IMG/VR virus record: IMGVR_UViG_3300009514_000888
Span: 64,001-128,000 of that record
From: a virus
Strand: one strand, 5' to 3'
DNA length: 64,000 bases
Positions 49,274 through 58,934 of the stretch are shown here, piece after piece. Each line of letters starts with the position of its first letter. The stretch's first letter is position 1. A program made the translations under genes and the position numbers. A model generated the notes under the pieces. That model made no database searches. It saw nothing but the letters and a program-made list of their open reading frames with translations, and was not told the DNA's origin.

Positions 49274-50004
49274 CAGATATTTTGGTTGTTCATCTTGGCT
49301 CTGTGTCCGAGAATGTGGTCGCATCATCCATTTTGCGCGGTCTTTGTAAGAAATATAAGAATCCCAACATCTACTGGGTGGTTGCCAATCAGGACGCTCT
49401 CGGCTTGTGGCGACATAATAAGGATGTCCGTCGATCCATCATGCTTGATGAGTTTGTCAAACATGGGCCTCACAAGGTGGATGTCCTGATTAATTTACAC
49501 CCTAGCTTTGCCAATGATGATTGCATGTCTATTGATGCCGAAGAGCGCATGGGTTTTAATATTAACGAGGGCGCTTCGCATCTGGCCAAAGCCATGTATG
49601 GATATGAAGATAGCAAAATGAGCCTGTTTCAGATTTACTATCGCTTGGCAGGCATGAGATGGAGGGGATCGGGGTATGGCCTGGGATACTTTCCCCAGAC
49701 TAAGAGTAAGAAGAAAAGAGCCGGTATAGCAGTTGCCAACAGTAATTTGAGGCATTATATACTGCCGAAATTAAACTTATCATCGATGACGCTATGGGTT
49801 GTTCCGTTTCGAAAGAATGTATTCCGAAAGATGGATGAGATCAATAGATGTGGCACGATTGTCACAGATGATATGCTTACATTACACTTGTCAATCTTTC
49901 TTCGCAAGTATGTTTACTTCCTGGAGACCATGCCCTTGAATATACGAACAGAGTTTTTCGGCAAAGGACAGGTTTACTCTGTTCCTATGAGCTTACTGAA
50001 ATGA
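49270..50004 (+). CDS. GT9-like (heptosyltransferase-fold) protein, divergent
   Basis: LVVHLGS..E.V..S.IL..L...Y N-terminus, DVLINL. Confidence 0.55.
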   Translation: MTDILVVHLGSVSENVVASSILRGLCKKYKNPNIYWVVANQDALGLWRHNKDVRRSIMLDEFVKHGPHKVDVLINLHPSFANDDCMSIDAEERMGFNINEGASHLAKAMYGYEDSKMSLFQIYYRLAGMRWRGSGYGLGYFPQTKSKKKRAGIAVANSNLRHYILPKLNLSSMTLWVVPFRKNVFRKMDEINRCGTIVTDDMLTLHLSIFLRKYVYFLETMPLNIRTEFFGKGQVYSVPMSLLK

Positions 50005-50813
50005 GCAAAAGTCACAAGTACACTATTGTAGGAAATCAGACCGCCAATATCCTGGACGACATGGAGCACCCTTTCTATTACCGATCTGAATGCTTCGGAT
50101 TCGGTGAGCGGCAGGTAGGGAAGGGCGTTCGCATATGTATTATAGATACTGGGGTGCCGAGACACAAGGACTTGATCTCCGTGGCAGGCGGAGTGGACCT
50201 GAGTGATGTGTCCGTGACTTCCCGAGATACAGTTGGTCATGCCACTATGTTATCTGGTATCATTGGGGCCTGTAATCCAGATACGCTCGTTGGCATTGCT
50301 CCAGCCGCAGAACTCATCTATGCCAAAGCGGTTAACTCATATGGTAGTTGTCAATATAATGCTCTGATAGCTTCTGTGCTGTGGGCTATCATTAAGAAGT
50401 CTGATATTATCTTGATGTCACTGGGATCATCCACGGATTACTCTGTTTTTCATGATGCCATCAAAAAGGCTCACGGCCATAACGTGGCAGTGATTGCAGC
50501 GGCTAGCCAGGATGGTCAATCGCTTGCTTATCCTGCCAGATACCCAGAAGTATTTGCGGTGGGGGTTGGTAAAAGAACTAAGAGAAAGTCTCGCAAGCCA
50601 GATGATCCTAATTTGTCCGTTCCTATAGAGGAATACTATACAACCTATTTGGGACATACCTATGTCAAGAGTTATGGGGCCAGTCTGGCTGCGGCGCTGA
50701 CAGCTGGTTTGGCTGCTCTGGTCATTGAGAAAAGGACATTATTGGGAGAGGAGAGTATTCCGGTAGATAGTATTTATGAGGAATTGTCGTTTCTCAAATA
50801 CAAGGCTAGATAA
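50001..50813 (+). CDS. Divergent S8 subtilase (no signal peptide)
   Basis: IIDTGV, GHAT, YPARYPEV; GAS replaces GTS; AASQ replaces AAGN. Confidence 0.75.
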   Translation: MSKSHKYTIVGNQTANILDDMEHPFYYRSECFGFGERQVGKGVRICIIDTGVPRHKDLISVAGGVDLSDVSVTSRDTVGHATMLSGIIGACNPDTLVGIAPAAELIYAKAVNSYGSCQYNALIASVLWAIIKKSDIILMSLGSSTDYSVFHDAIKKAHGHNVAVIAAASQDGQSLAYPARYPEVFAVGVGKRTKRKSRKPDDPNLSVPIEEYYTTYLGHTYVKSYGASLAAALTAGLAALVIEKRTLLGEESIPVDSIYEELSFLKYKAR

Positions 50814-50825
50814 AAGGCGAAGAAT

Positions 50826-51242
50826 ATGCCCAAAGAGGATAATACAAAATCATCTCCTGACGAGAATATTTCCGAGCAGAACGCTGGACAGGATGAGATT
50901 ATCAGATTGATGAAAAACCTTCACCAGGCTGAAATACGAGTCGTGAAGAATGACATAGAAGAAGTGAAAAATCAGATTGCGGCTGTTGAGGAAAGACTCA
51001 ATGTCAAGCTGGACCAAATAGACATGGCCCTTCGCGGCAATACCAAGGATGGGGCTACGAACGGGATCGGCCTGTTTGAGCAGTATCGTCGTATGAGAAC
51101 CAATCTCAAGATCATTGCTCTTGCAGTGTTTGTGCTGTATGGCGCGAAAATATACGGGTTGACTCTTGAAAATTTCGTTAAGAACCTCTTCTCCGGAGAG
51201 CAAACCTCTTCCCACGTAGAGAAAGAAATGGAATCAGAATAG
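50826..51242 (+). CDS. Coiled-coil plus single-TM hypothetical protein
   Basis: Heptad-like segment followed by IIALAVFVLYG. Confidence 0.55.
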   Translation: MPKEDNTKSSPDENISEQNAGQDEIIRLMKNLHQAEIRVVKNDIEEVKNQIAAVEERLNVKLDQIDMALRGNTKDGATNGIGLFEQYRRMRTNLKIIALAVFVLYGAKIYGLTLENFVKNLFSGEQTSSHVEKEMESE

Positions 51243-51278
51243 CATATCGTTTGGCCGATTCACACTGGGGAGATTCCC

Positions 51279-52352
51279 ATGAGAATAGGCATTTTTTCAA
51301 AACTGGAAATGGCTGGGGGATCGGAGTTTCGTTGCGCTGAAATGGCGAATGGAATTGCTCGTTATTCTGATCACAAAAGTATTCTGATCTCCGAAAAAGA
51401 CATCCCCAGCCGCATATGCGAATACCTGCATCCCGATGTCGAGATGAGGACCAATATCTTTCGCGGGAACACCAGGGATATTGAGTCATTTTACGGCCTG
51501 GACTCGCTGCTGATTATCAATACGGATTCCAAGTCTTTCGCCCATTATGATTACTGGTCAGGGAAGTCCGAAAGGCATGGTGTCTCCATAGACCTTACTC
51601 GCGTGAAGCAGATGGTTTTCCTGTTCAATTTTTTGGTCAGCCCATCCCAGCATCTTCATACGCTCGAAAAGTACTGTCGTAACATACGCATCTTGACAAC
51701 CAATACCAAGTTTTTCGACGAGATCAATAAACAAGATAGGTATCTGCAAGTTCGTCATTTTCCCAGGATGATTTTGCGCAGTCCCATTGATCCTGACAGA
51801 TATACAACATCAAAGAACCATAGTTGCGAAACAGGCAAGGTTAGATTGGGGATGCACTCAAAGGGGGTTGATAATAAATGGAATGATGGATGGGCGAAAC
51901 TGATTGAGATGTGTAACGAAAGGCTGGGAGATAGGATTGAGTTCGATTTTATGGGGATGAATAGCAAAATAGCTTATACGCTTAAAGACTTCCAGAATGT
52001 AATCTGCCGCAAAGAAGACAGTATCTCTGTTAAGGAATATTTGTCAGGTATCGATATATTTACATTCCTTCCGTCCTGGAAGCGAGAGGAGCCTTGGTCG
52101 AGAGTTGTGGCCGAAGCTATGATGAGCCAATGCCCTATTATTGCGACTAATCGCGGCGGGAATGTTGACCAGGTGATACCTGGAAATAATGGCTATCTGT
52201 GCAAAGATATTGACCAGTTCTTCAAGAACACTGTTCACCTGGTTAATCATTCCGTTCTTAGGGCGCAGATGGCAGAGAATTCCAGGCGGTTATCTAGGGA
52301 TTTCAGGACGAATAAAGTGATAGAACAATTCCTTGAGTTTATTGAGGGCTGA
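51279..52352 (+). CDS. GT4-family glycosyltransferase
   Basis: GGSE N-terminus; EEPWSRVVAEAMMSQCPIIATNRGG. Confidence 0.8.
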   Translation: MRIGIFSKLEMAGGSEFRCAEMANGIARYSDHKSILISEKDIPSRICEYLHPDVEMRTNIFRGNTRDIESFYGLDSLLIINTDSKSFAHYDYWSGKSERHGVSIDLTRVKQMVFLFNFLVSPSQHLHTLEKYCRNIRILTTNTKFFDEINKQDRYLQVRHFPRMILRSPIDPDRYTTSKNHSCETGKVRLGMHSKGVDNKWNDGWAKLIEMCNERLGDRIEFDFMGMNSKIAYTLKDFQNVICRKEDSISVKEYLSGIDIFTFLPSWKREEPWSRVVAEAMMSQCPIIATNRGGNVDQVIPGNNGYLCKDIDQFFKNTVHLVNHSVLRAQMAENSRRLSRDFRTNKVIEQFLEFIEG

Positions 52353-52353
52353 T

Positions 52354-53229
52354 ATGGATGCTGAATTACGAAAACAACTGCACGAAGCAAAGCAGAGATA
52401 TGCTGCGGAATTGGAGGAGCTGGAGAAGCATCCAACTCTGGTGTCTTTGCATCAGAACACCAGATATTGGGATGGGGAATTCACGAAACCATGTATTCGT
52501 CAATACAAGATTTCTCTTTGCACCACCTGCATGGGAAGGCTGGAATGCCTTAAGCAAACGCTGCCAAAGAATATGGAGGACAATAAAACATATCCTAACG
52601 CGGAATTTCTGATACTGGACTATAACAGCAAGGATGGACTCGGAGACTGGGTGAGGGACAATATGATGCATCATATCGAATCCGGGAGATTGGTATACTG
52701 CCGAACCGAAGACCCAGAGTTTTATAGTATGACACATTCCAGAAACTTGGCTTTCAAATTGGCAAGCGGAGAAATCGTCAATAACGTAGATGCAGATAAC
52801 TACGTGAATCAAGACTTTATTTTCTACTTGAATAGACTGGCAAACCAGGTTGGGCAAAAATCTATATTTGCCAAGGGTCGTCGCATGCTCCGCGGGCGTC
52901 TGGGATTCTTCAAGCATGAATTCATGGATATCCTGGGCGGATATGAGGAAGACATTGAGGACTATGGGCATGATGATCATGATCTGATGTATAGAGCATA
53001 TGCTTTCGGATTTACGCTGATGTGGTATGGAGGTCAGTTTTATGATAATACTGGCTCCAGTAAACATCAAACAGGTAATATGAAAAACGTTCATTGGAAA
53101 AATACAGAACTCAGAAACAAAGTGATATCTACCAGGAATTTGATTGCCGGGAAGCTCAAGGCAAACTGGGGGCGGGAATGGGGCAAGGCACATGTGGTTA
53201 AGAATTTCGCCGAGGAGATAGATGTTTGA
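52354..53229 (+). CDS. GT2/GT7-like glycosyltransferase
   Basis: ISLCTTCMGR, ILDYNSKDG, NVDADN, GGYEE...YGHDDHDL. Confidence 0.8.
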   Translation: MDAELRKQLHEAKQRYAAELEELEKHPTLVSLHQNTRYWDGEFTKPCIRQYKISLCTTCMGRLECLKQTLPKNMEDNKTYPNAEFLILDYNSKDGLGDWVRDNMMHHIESGRLVYCRTEDPEFYSMTHSRNLAFKLASGEIVNNVDADNYVNQDFIFYLNRLANQVGQKSIFAKGRRMLRGRLGFFKHEFMDILGGYEEDIEDYGHDDHDLMYRAYAFGFTLMWYGGQFYDNTGSSKHQTGNMKNVHWKNTELRNKVISTRNLIAGKLKANWGREWGKAHVVKNFAEEIDV

Positions 53230-53281
53230 AACATCAAAAGGCATATTCATAGACCTTGGGAGTCATGATGGCGATGTATAG
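53222..53281 (+). pseudogene. 19-codon remnant of a FkbM-type methyltransferase N-terminus
   Basis: MFETSKGIFIDLGSHDGDV*; overlaps the upstream stop like other genes in the operon. Confidence 0.5.
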
Positions 53282-53299
53282 ATATCCGGACGGCCTACA

Positions 53300-54073
53300 A
53301 TGAAGAATTTTATGGTAGCCAATTTGCGCGGCAAGGGTCGGTATGATGACCAGAAAATACAGACTCTTCTCAAGGCTCAAATTGAGAATAGTATAGAGGT
53401 TGGATGGTCTAGGTCTGATATCATTGTCCTGTCTAATTTTGAGTTTGAATACATGGGCGTCCGGCCTATCCTGACAGACTTGAATAAGTTCTGCTGGACA
53501 GGCTCCAAGATGTTCGGTATGAAATACCTCATGGATAATAATCTGGTATCTGATGGCATCATATGGGCGCGCGATCTAGACGCATGGCAAGGAGTATGGT
53601 TTGAGGAACCTGATGTGGCCGATGTTGGAGCGTCATATTATAGCCGTCCCACTTTTAATGGAGGAAGCGTGTTTTGGAGATTATCTGCTAAAGATATTGT
53701 AGATGATATTGTTGACAGGCTCGTTCAGGATAAGTCCAAAAGAGAAGAGCCTACGCTGAATGAGGTATTTAAGAGCGAACAATATAGCAGCCGAGTTACT
53801 GTGCTAAATTGCACGTATAATGTAGGGTGCTCAGGATATGTTCCCAGATATGAGCGCAGTATTAAGCCCATTCGAGTCTATCATTTCCACCCGTATAATC
53901 GCATTGCGTGGGAAACGCATTGCTTAGACAGAAATGGCCTGGGAGAAAAAGGACTGAATATCAGGCTAGAAAAACTCATTCGTAGGCATTATCCCAACCT
54001 CGCCACTGAATTGAGCGAAGAGGGCAAGTTGAGAGCCAAGCAAAAACGAGAAGATAGAATGGTCAAGAAATAA
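53300..54073 (+). CDS. Putative GT-A-like protein
   Basis: WARDLDAW (DxD), FNGGSVFW, LN.TYNVG, HFHP. Confidence 0.5.
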   Translation: MKNFMVANLRGKGRYDDQKIQTLLKAQIENSIEVGWSRSDIIVLSNFEFEYMGVRPILTDLNKFCWTGSKMFGMKYLMDNNLVSDGIIWARDLDAWQGVWFEEPDVADVGASYYSRPTFNGGSVFWRLSAKDIVDDIVDRLVQDKSKREEPTLNEVFKSEQYSSRVTVLNCTYNVGCSGYVPRYERSIKPIRVYHFHPYNRIAWETHCLDRNGLGEKGLNIRLEKLIRRHYPNLATELSEEGKLRAKQKREDRMVKK

Positions 54074-54663
54074 TGGGTTATGATAGCAAATATTACAGCA
54101 GACATTTGGTGCAATATCGAGATTGGGAAATGTCTATATCTCGGGATATTGTCAGCAGATATGGAATCAAGTCCATCATTGATTTGGGGTGCGGCGTCGG
54201 ATCATACCTGGAGGGGGCGCATGAGATGGGCATCCGCCCTTTACTTGGCTTAGAAATTAACTACAACATATCCAGGCATTTTACGCCTGCCGATATTTTA
54301 CCGTATATCAAAAAAGCAGATATTACACAACCCTTGGACTTCGGCAAGTTTGATTGCGCATGGTCCATAGAGGCCGCAGAGCATATTCGGACAGAAGGGA
54401 CCGAGCAATTCCTGGAAAATCTGTGTAATTCCGCCGAGAGATATGTTGTTATGTCTGCTGCTCCGCCAGGGCAAAAAGGAACAGGCCATATTAACCTGCG
54501 GCCTCAGTCATTCTGGATTAAGGAAATTGCGAGCAGAGGCTTCGCCTATCTGCCCGAGGAAGCTGAAAAAACGGTCGAGGTATGGGCGGATTGGAATCGA
54601 AAGAAAATACATAAGGTGCCTTGGTACCTGTATCGTAATCTCATGATATTCCTCAAGCCATAA
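54073..54663 (+). CDS. Class I SAM-dependent methyltransferase
   Basis: IDLGCGVG, EAAEH, GHINL. Confidence 0.85.
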   Translation: MGYDSKYYSRHLVQYRDWEMSISRDIVSRYGIKSIIDLGCGVGSYLEGAHEMGIRPLLGLEINYNISRHFTPADILPYIKKADITQPLDFGKFDCAWSIEAAEHIRTEGTEQFLENLCNSAERYVVMSAAPPGQKGTGHINLRPQSFWIKEIASRGFAYLPEEAEKTVEVWADWNRKKIHKVPWYLYRNLMIFLKP

Positions 54664-55565
54664 TGCCAGATAAGCCAGATATCCCTAGAGAGGTCATACA
54701 GCAGAGTCGGTTGTTGAGAACGATTTATGCGGGTTCAGACAAACCGACTCTGTTTACGCCTAATTACGGGGAATTTGGGCCTGTCCCGGACAAGATTATT
54801 CCTCTAGTTCATTATTTTGACAGTCCCCATAAAGCGGTTTGCTGCAAACGCGGAGATGAAGTTTTCTATCCTACCGCAAGCGAATTCTATTATGACTGGG
54901 AAGACTATATTGAGGATGAATATCGCTGGGGAGTTTTTGCTTACAAAAATAAATCCAAGAATCCCAAGATAGATGAACACGTTCGTATTTATCACGAACA
55001 GTTTCAGAAGATATTAGACCAATATGGGAGCCAATTCACATACATCCATATTTGGAAATTCCAGGTGGATCACTTGTGGAATGAATATGGCTGTCAGTTT
55101 CCGGTAAGCCTGCAACCGCTGATCACCAGACATATTCAAGCGGATATTGTCATATCCCCTAGAAACAGAAAATCCAGACCAGAAAACAATCTCATGATTT
55201 GGGATCAATTTATTGAAGCCATGCATACACATGGACATTCCGTTGGAAGTATTGGAGTTAAACACTATTCTTTAGAATTGGCACATTGCGATGTCAACTC
55301 ATGGGACTATGAAGACAATAGTAGCGCCGTCGTAGAGATGTTGCAAAATTGTAAGCTCTATGTGGGGCTGGATACTGGATCATCGCACTTGGCGTCCCTG
55401 CTGTCTGTTCCTATGATTGTTTTTTCACATGCTAATCAAAGATACTATCATACCGAATTGATGAGCAGGAGAACGTCGGGATACTATTTGGATTTGGGGA
55501 AAACCATAGATGACATCGAAATAGTAATAGACAAGACATTGGAGTATCTGAATGGCTCACAATAA
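54663..55565 (+). CDS. GT9-like protein
   Basis: GEFG N-terminus; YVGLDTGSSHLA. Confidence 0.6.
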   Translation: MPDKPDIPREVIQQSRLLRTIYAGSDKPTLFTPNYGEFGPVPDKIIPLVHYFDSPHKAVCCKRGDEVFYPTASEFYYDWEDYIEDEYRWGVFAYKNKSKNPKIDEHVRIYHEQFQKILDQYGSQFTYIHIWKFQVDHLWNEYGCQFPVSLQPLITRHIQADIVISPRNRKSRPENNLMIWDQFIEAMHTHGHSVGSIGVKHYSLELAHCDVNSWDYEDNSSAVVEMLQNCKLYVGLDTGSSHLASLLSVPMIVFSHANQRYYHTELMSRRTSGYYLDLGKTIDDIEIVIDKTLEYLNGSQ

Positions 55566-56847
55566 ATACAATTGGGGTATTCTAACAGATACAGATGTTG
55601 AACTTATCATGGAATCTCTGTCTATGCTCGTCGAAAGATTTGGACGGGAAGAAACCCTGAAAGTCATGGAGGTTGGCGTCTGTCGCGGCAAGACCAGCCG
55701 AGGTATCAAGCATGAACTCGACAGACTGAGGGCAGTATATGAATATTGGGCCGTGGATTCAGGCGCAGGTATGGCAGGCAATGTGCTGCCGCCATTTGAG
55801 GGATGTAGGCTAGTGATTGGGAACTCGGAGGAATCATATATGGAGTTCCCTGATGATCTGCATTGGGTTTTTATTGATGGATGTCATTGTATTAATCATG
55901 TTATGTTGGATATACTGCATTATGCTCCCAAAGTTAGAGATGGCGGATTGATTGTTTTGCATGACACTAGCCCGCTTGCACAGGCTTGTAATCGACATCC
56001 GCCAGACTATCAAAAGCATGGACCCAGACATGCCGATTTTGGGACGGCTATTTTAGCGGCATTTGACAAATTGGACGTAGAGCATCGCCGAGATATGCAA
56101 TTGGTTCGATCTGCTCAAGACGAAGATGCATGTTGGGGAGGGGTATCGGTATTTAAGAAGGTCAAGAACCCAGAGGGAGCTCCGGTATATAGGGGCAAGG
56201 AGGGGCAGGACCGTTGGGCGATGGAGGTGCTGGGATATAAGCGCAATGGATACTTTGTGGATATTGGAGCACACAATGGGTACAACGATAGCAACTCCTA
56301 TGTCATGGAAAAATACTTCGACTGGGAAGGCATTTGCGTAGAGCCTAATACATATACCGAGGGCGAATTGCGCAAATATCGAAATTGCCATATCGAAACA
56401 TCATGTATTTCTGATGTCAATGGAGAAGTCGATTTTGTGCAGAGAGGGAGAAGAAAACAAGTCTCAGGTATTTATCATCCGGACGCCGACGAACATGTAC
56501 TTAGTCCGGTTGACCAATATAAACATCCACTCATCAAAAAGCCGTCGCTTACGCTAATCGCCCTATTGAAGAAATATCAGGCTCCCAGAATTATTGATTA
56601 TCTCAGCGTTGATGTGGAGGGCGCAGAACACCTGATACTCCAGGGGTTCGACTTCTCCAGATACAAGTTCTTGACTTTAACGATTGAACACAATTATTTT
56701 GAGGGCAATGGCTTTCCAAAGAAGAACCTCCAAAGAAGGCAGAAGGTGCAAGATACCCTTTTGTCCAATGGGTATCATCTGAATAAAACAGTAGTTGCCG
56801 ATGATTGGTTCTCGGTTTGGGAAGGACAGTCAACTACCCTCAGCTAA
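55552..56847 (+). CDS. Two-domain methyltransferase (Methyltransf_24-like + FkbM-like); stop codon supplied by the IsrB element
   Basis: MEVGV, FIDGCH, LHDT; FVDIGAHNG, GICVEPN, YLSVDVEGAE. Confidence 0.85.
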   Translation: MAHNKYNWGILTDTDVELIMESLSMLVERFGREETLKVMEVGVCRGKTSRGIKHELDRLRAVYEYWAVDSGAGMAGNVLPPFEGCRLVIGNSEESYMEFPDDLHWVFIDGCHCINHVMLDILHYAPKVRDGGLIVLHDTSPLAQACNRHPPDYQKHGPRHADFGTAILAAFDKLDVEHRRDMQLVRSAQDEDACWGGVSVFKKVKNPEGAPVYRGKEGQDRWAMEVLGYKRNGYFVDIGAHNGYNDSNSYVMEKYFDWEGICVEPNTYTEGELRKYRNCHIETSCISDVNGEVDFVQRGRRKQVSGIYHPDADEHVLSPVDQYKHPLIKKPSLTLIALLKKYQAPRIIDYLSVDVEGAEHLILQGFDFSRYKFLTLTIEHNYFEGNGFPKKNLQRRQKVQDTLLSNGYHLNKTVVADDWFSVWEGQSTTLS

Positions 56848-57127
56848 AGCACGAGGGCTTGTCAGAGAGAGCTGACATCTTGAAAGATTCGTAGAATCTT
56901 TCAAGAGTTGACTAGACTAAGCAGAAAGGAGTGTTCTCCTAATATGCTACGTTAAGAGAGCTACAAGTACCAAGGGATGCCGCCCTAGTCCCCTGCTCTA
57001 CGCTAGACCTCTTTAATAGCACGTTTCCTGCAAAAGCAGGAAACTAAGCTCTCTTAACATTGTCGAAGGGCAATATACACAGGTTCCCAGTCCTGGCTTA
57101 CCGCATTAAAACTGGAACAAAAACACT
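56829..57127 (+). ncRNA. Putative omegaRNA scaffold
   Basis: ~300-nt ORF-free stretch with multiple hairpins between the element end and the PLMP start. Confidence 0.7.
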
Positions 57128-58144
57128 ATGTTCATGCCAGTAGTTCATTCTGATCAGCAGCCCTTGATGCCAACAACGTCGAGCAGGGCGAGGCGTTGGA
57201 TGGCTCAAGGCAGGGCTACTGGATTCTACAAGAAAGGAGTATTCTGTGTTCGACTCAACGTAACTCCATCAGACACCAAAACCCAGACAATCGCTGTAGG
57301 CATCGATCCAGGATCAAAGCGAGAAGCTTACACAGTTAAATCGCAATCTCATACATACCTCAATCTGCTGTCTGACGCAGTAGATTGGGTGAAGGAAGCA
57401 GTAGAACAACGCCGTAACATGCGACGAGCAAGACGCTCCAGGAAAACCAGATATCGAATTGCCAGATTCAATAACAGAAAAAAGAGCAAGATTGCGCCTT
57501 CCACGAAATCCAGGTGGCACCTGAAACTTAGAATCTGTGATTTATTGTCACAGATATTCCCTGTATCACAGTTCGTTGTTGAAGACATCAAAGCTAAAAC
57601 AACTGGTAAAAAGCGCTGGGACACCAGTTTCTCCCCTCTTGAAGTAGGCAAGCAGTGGTTTTATGAGCAGCTGAGTAGTTTTGCTCATGTTGTGACCAGA
57701 CAGGGATATGAGACAAAAGCGTTGAGAGACGAACTGGGACTCAAGAAGTCGAGTTCTAAGTTAGCTGACAAGTTTGAGTGTCACAATGTAGACAGTTGGG
57801 TTCTTGCGAATGCCGCCGTTGGCGGTCATTCGCATCCGGACAACAAGAGGATACATAGGCTACATCTGATCAGGTTGCACAGGAGACAGTTGCATGCGTT
57901 TCAGCATGGTAAGGGCGGCGTTCGCCGCCCTTACGGAGGGACGCGTAGTTTGGGATTTAAGCGAGGAAGCTTCGTACAGCACAAGAGGAGAGGAGTATGC
58001 TTTGTAGGCGGGACGAGCAAGGACAGGGTCAGTTTGCATTGTATGCAAACTGGCAAGCGTTTAACGCAATCAGCTGAAGTTGTTGATTGCAGATTTTTGA
58101 GTTATTCTAGTTGGAGAGTAGGCATCGTTTCCTCCCCACACTAA
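57128..58144 (+). CDS. isrB: IsrB RNA-guided nickase
   Basis: PLMP, GIDPG (RuvC-I), Arg-rich bridge helix, VVEDI (RuvC-II), HNVD (RuvC-III); 338 aa, no HNH. Confidence 0.85.
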   Translation: MFMPVVHSDQQPLMPTTSSRARRWMAQGRATGFYKKGVFCVRLNVTPSDTKTQTIAVGIDPGSKREAYTVKSQSHTYLNLLSDAVDWVKEAVEQRRNMRRARRSRKTRYRIARFNNRKKSKIAPSTKSRWHLKLRICDLLSQIFPVSQFVVEDIKAKTTGKKRWDTSFSPLEVGKQWFYEQLSSFAHVVTRQGYETKALRDELGLKKSSSKLADKFECHNVDSWVLANAAVGGHSHPDNKRIHRLHLIRLHRRQLHAFQHGKGGVRRPYGGTRSLGFKRGSFVQHKRRGVCFVGGTSKDRVSLHCMQTGKRLTQSAEVVDCRFLSYSSWRVGIVSSPH

Positions 58145-58163
58145 AGTATTGGGGGTTTCCACG

Positions 58164-58934
58164 ATGCTGATCACTATGATTTTTCTGCATAATGGTGCAA
58201 CAGGAGATATCGTTTATTCTCTGCCCTCGGCAATCGCAATGGGAGGAGGGCACTACCAGGTCAAAAAGCCAGGCCAGTTCCGCCTTCTCAAACGGCTCCT
58301 CGAAGCACAGCCCTACCTGACGCAAGTATCTCATTACAATAAGCTCACTGGATATGCACAGTTCGGAGATCAGCCCTTTTTCGACTTTGATAGATATAGG
58401 GAACATCCCAGGGTCAAGAGGTTTTATGACCATCCAGAAGAGGCGATTAATATCGCCAAAGCCCATCTGGAAACCGCCAATGTTCATTTTGATCTTGCCC
58501 AACAATGGCTATTCAATATAGAACCAAAAACGGAGGCAGATATCGTCATCCATAAGACCGAGAAGTATCGTAACTTTGAAGGCAAGAACTATATTCCTAC
58601 AATCGACTGGACGCTTTTGGAGGCATATGCAGATCGGTGCGTGTTTGTGGGATATGAGAAGGAACAAAAGATATTTAATCGCTGGTATACAGACCGCAAA
58701 TTCGAAGTCCCCTGGTATGGCTGCCAAGATATCTACGAAATGGCTCAGATCATTGCTGGGTCGAAGATGTTCATAGGCAATCAGTCCATCGGATTTGCTG
58801 CGGCAGAAGGCATGAAACACCCCAGGGTTCAGGAAACATGCCTGCGCATACCGAACTGTTTGCCGCATGGCAAGGACGGCCATACAGAATTGAGCATAGA
58901 GCTGATTGAGAAATACCTGAATAGGACAGCATGA
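58164..58934 (+). CDS. GT9-like protein
   Basis: GATGDIVYSLP; FIGNQS. Confidence 0.65.
   Translation: MLITMIFLHNGATGDIVYSLPSAIAMGGGHYQVKKPGQFRLLKRLLEAQPYLTQVSHYNKLTGYAQFGDQPFFDFDRYREHPRVKRFYDHPEEAINIAKAHLETANVHFDLAQQWLFNIEPKTEADIVIHKTEKYRNFEGKNYIPTIDWTLLEAYADRCVFVGYEKEQKIFNRWYTDRKFEVPWYGCQDIYEMAQIIAGSKMFIGNQSIGFAAAEGMKHPRVQETCLRIPNCLPHGKDGHTELSIELIEKYLNRTA

Larger units (their letters stand above)
56829..58163 (+). mobile_element. Non-autonomous IS200/IS605-type OMEGA element (omegaRNA + isrB, no tnpA), 1335 bp
   Basis: GTCAACTACCC left end; similar subterminal hairpins CCCTCAGCTAAAGCACGAGGG and CCCCACACTAAAGTATTGGGG; removal restores WEGQC* overlapping the next ATG. Confidence 0.8.

Noticed and set aside
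16965-53281. Stop-codon reassignment (TAG read-through), suggested by TAG at the end of capsid exon 1 and the in-frame TAG at 53279
   Set aside because: The capsid TAG spans the intron 1 splice site. Other genes (ending 23255, 38813, 44997) end in TAG at family-typical C-termini, and long ORFs are intact under the standard code.
57128-58144. IscB, TnpB or Cas9
   Set aside because: PLMP and split RuvC exclude TnpB; no HNH and 338 aa exclude IscB and Cas9.
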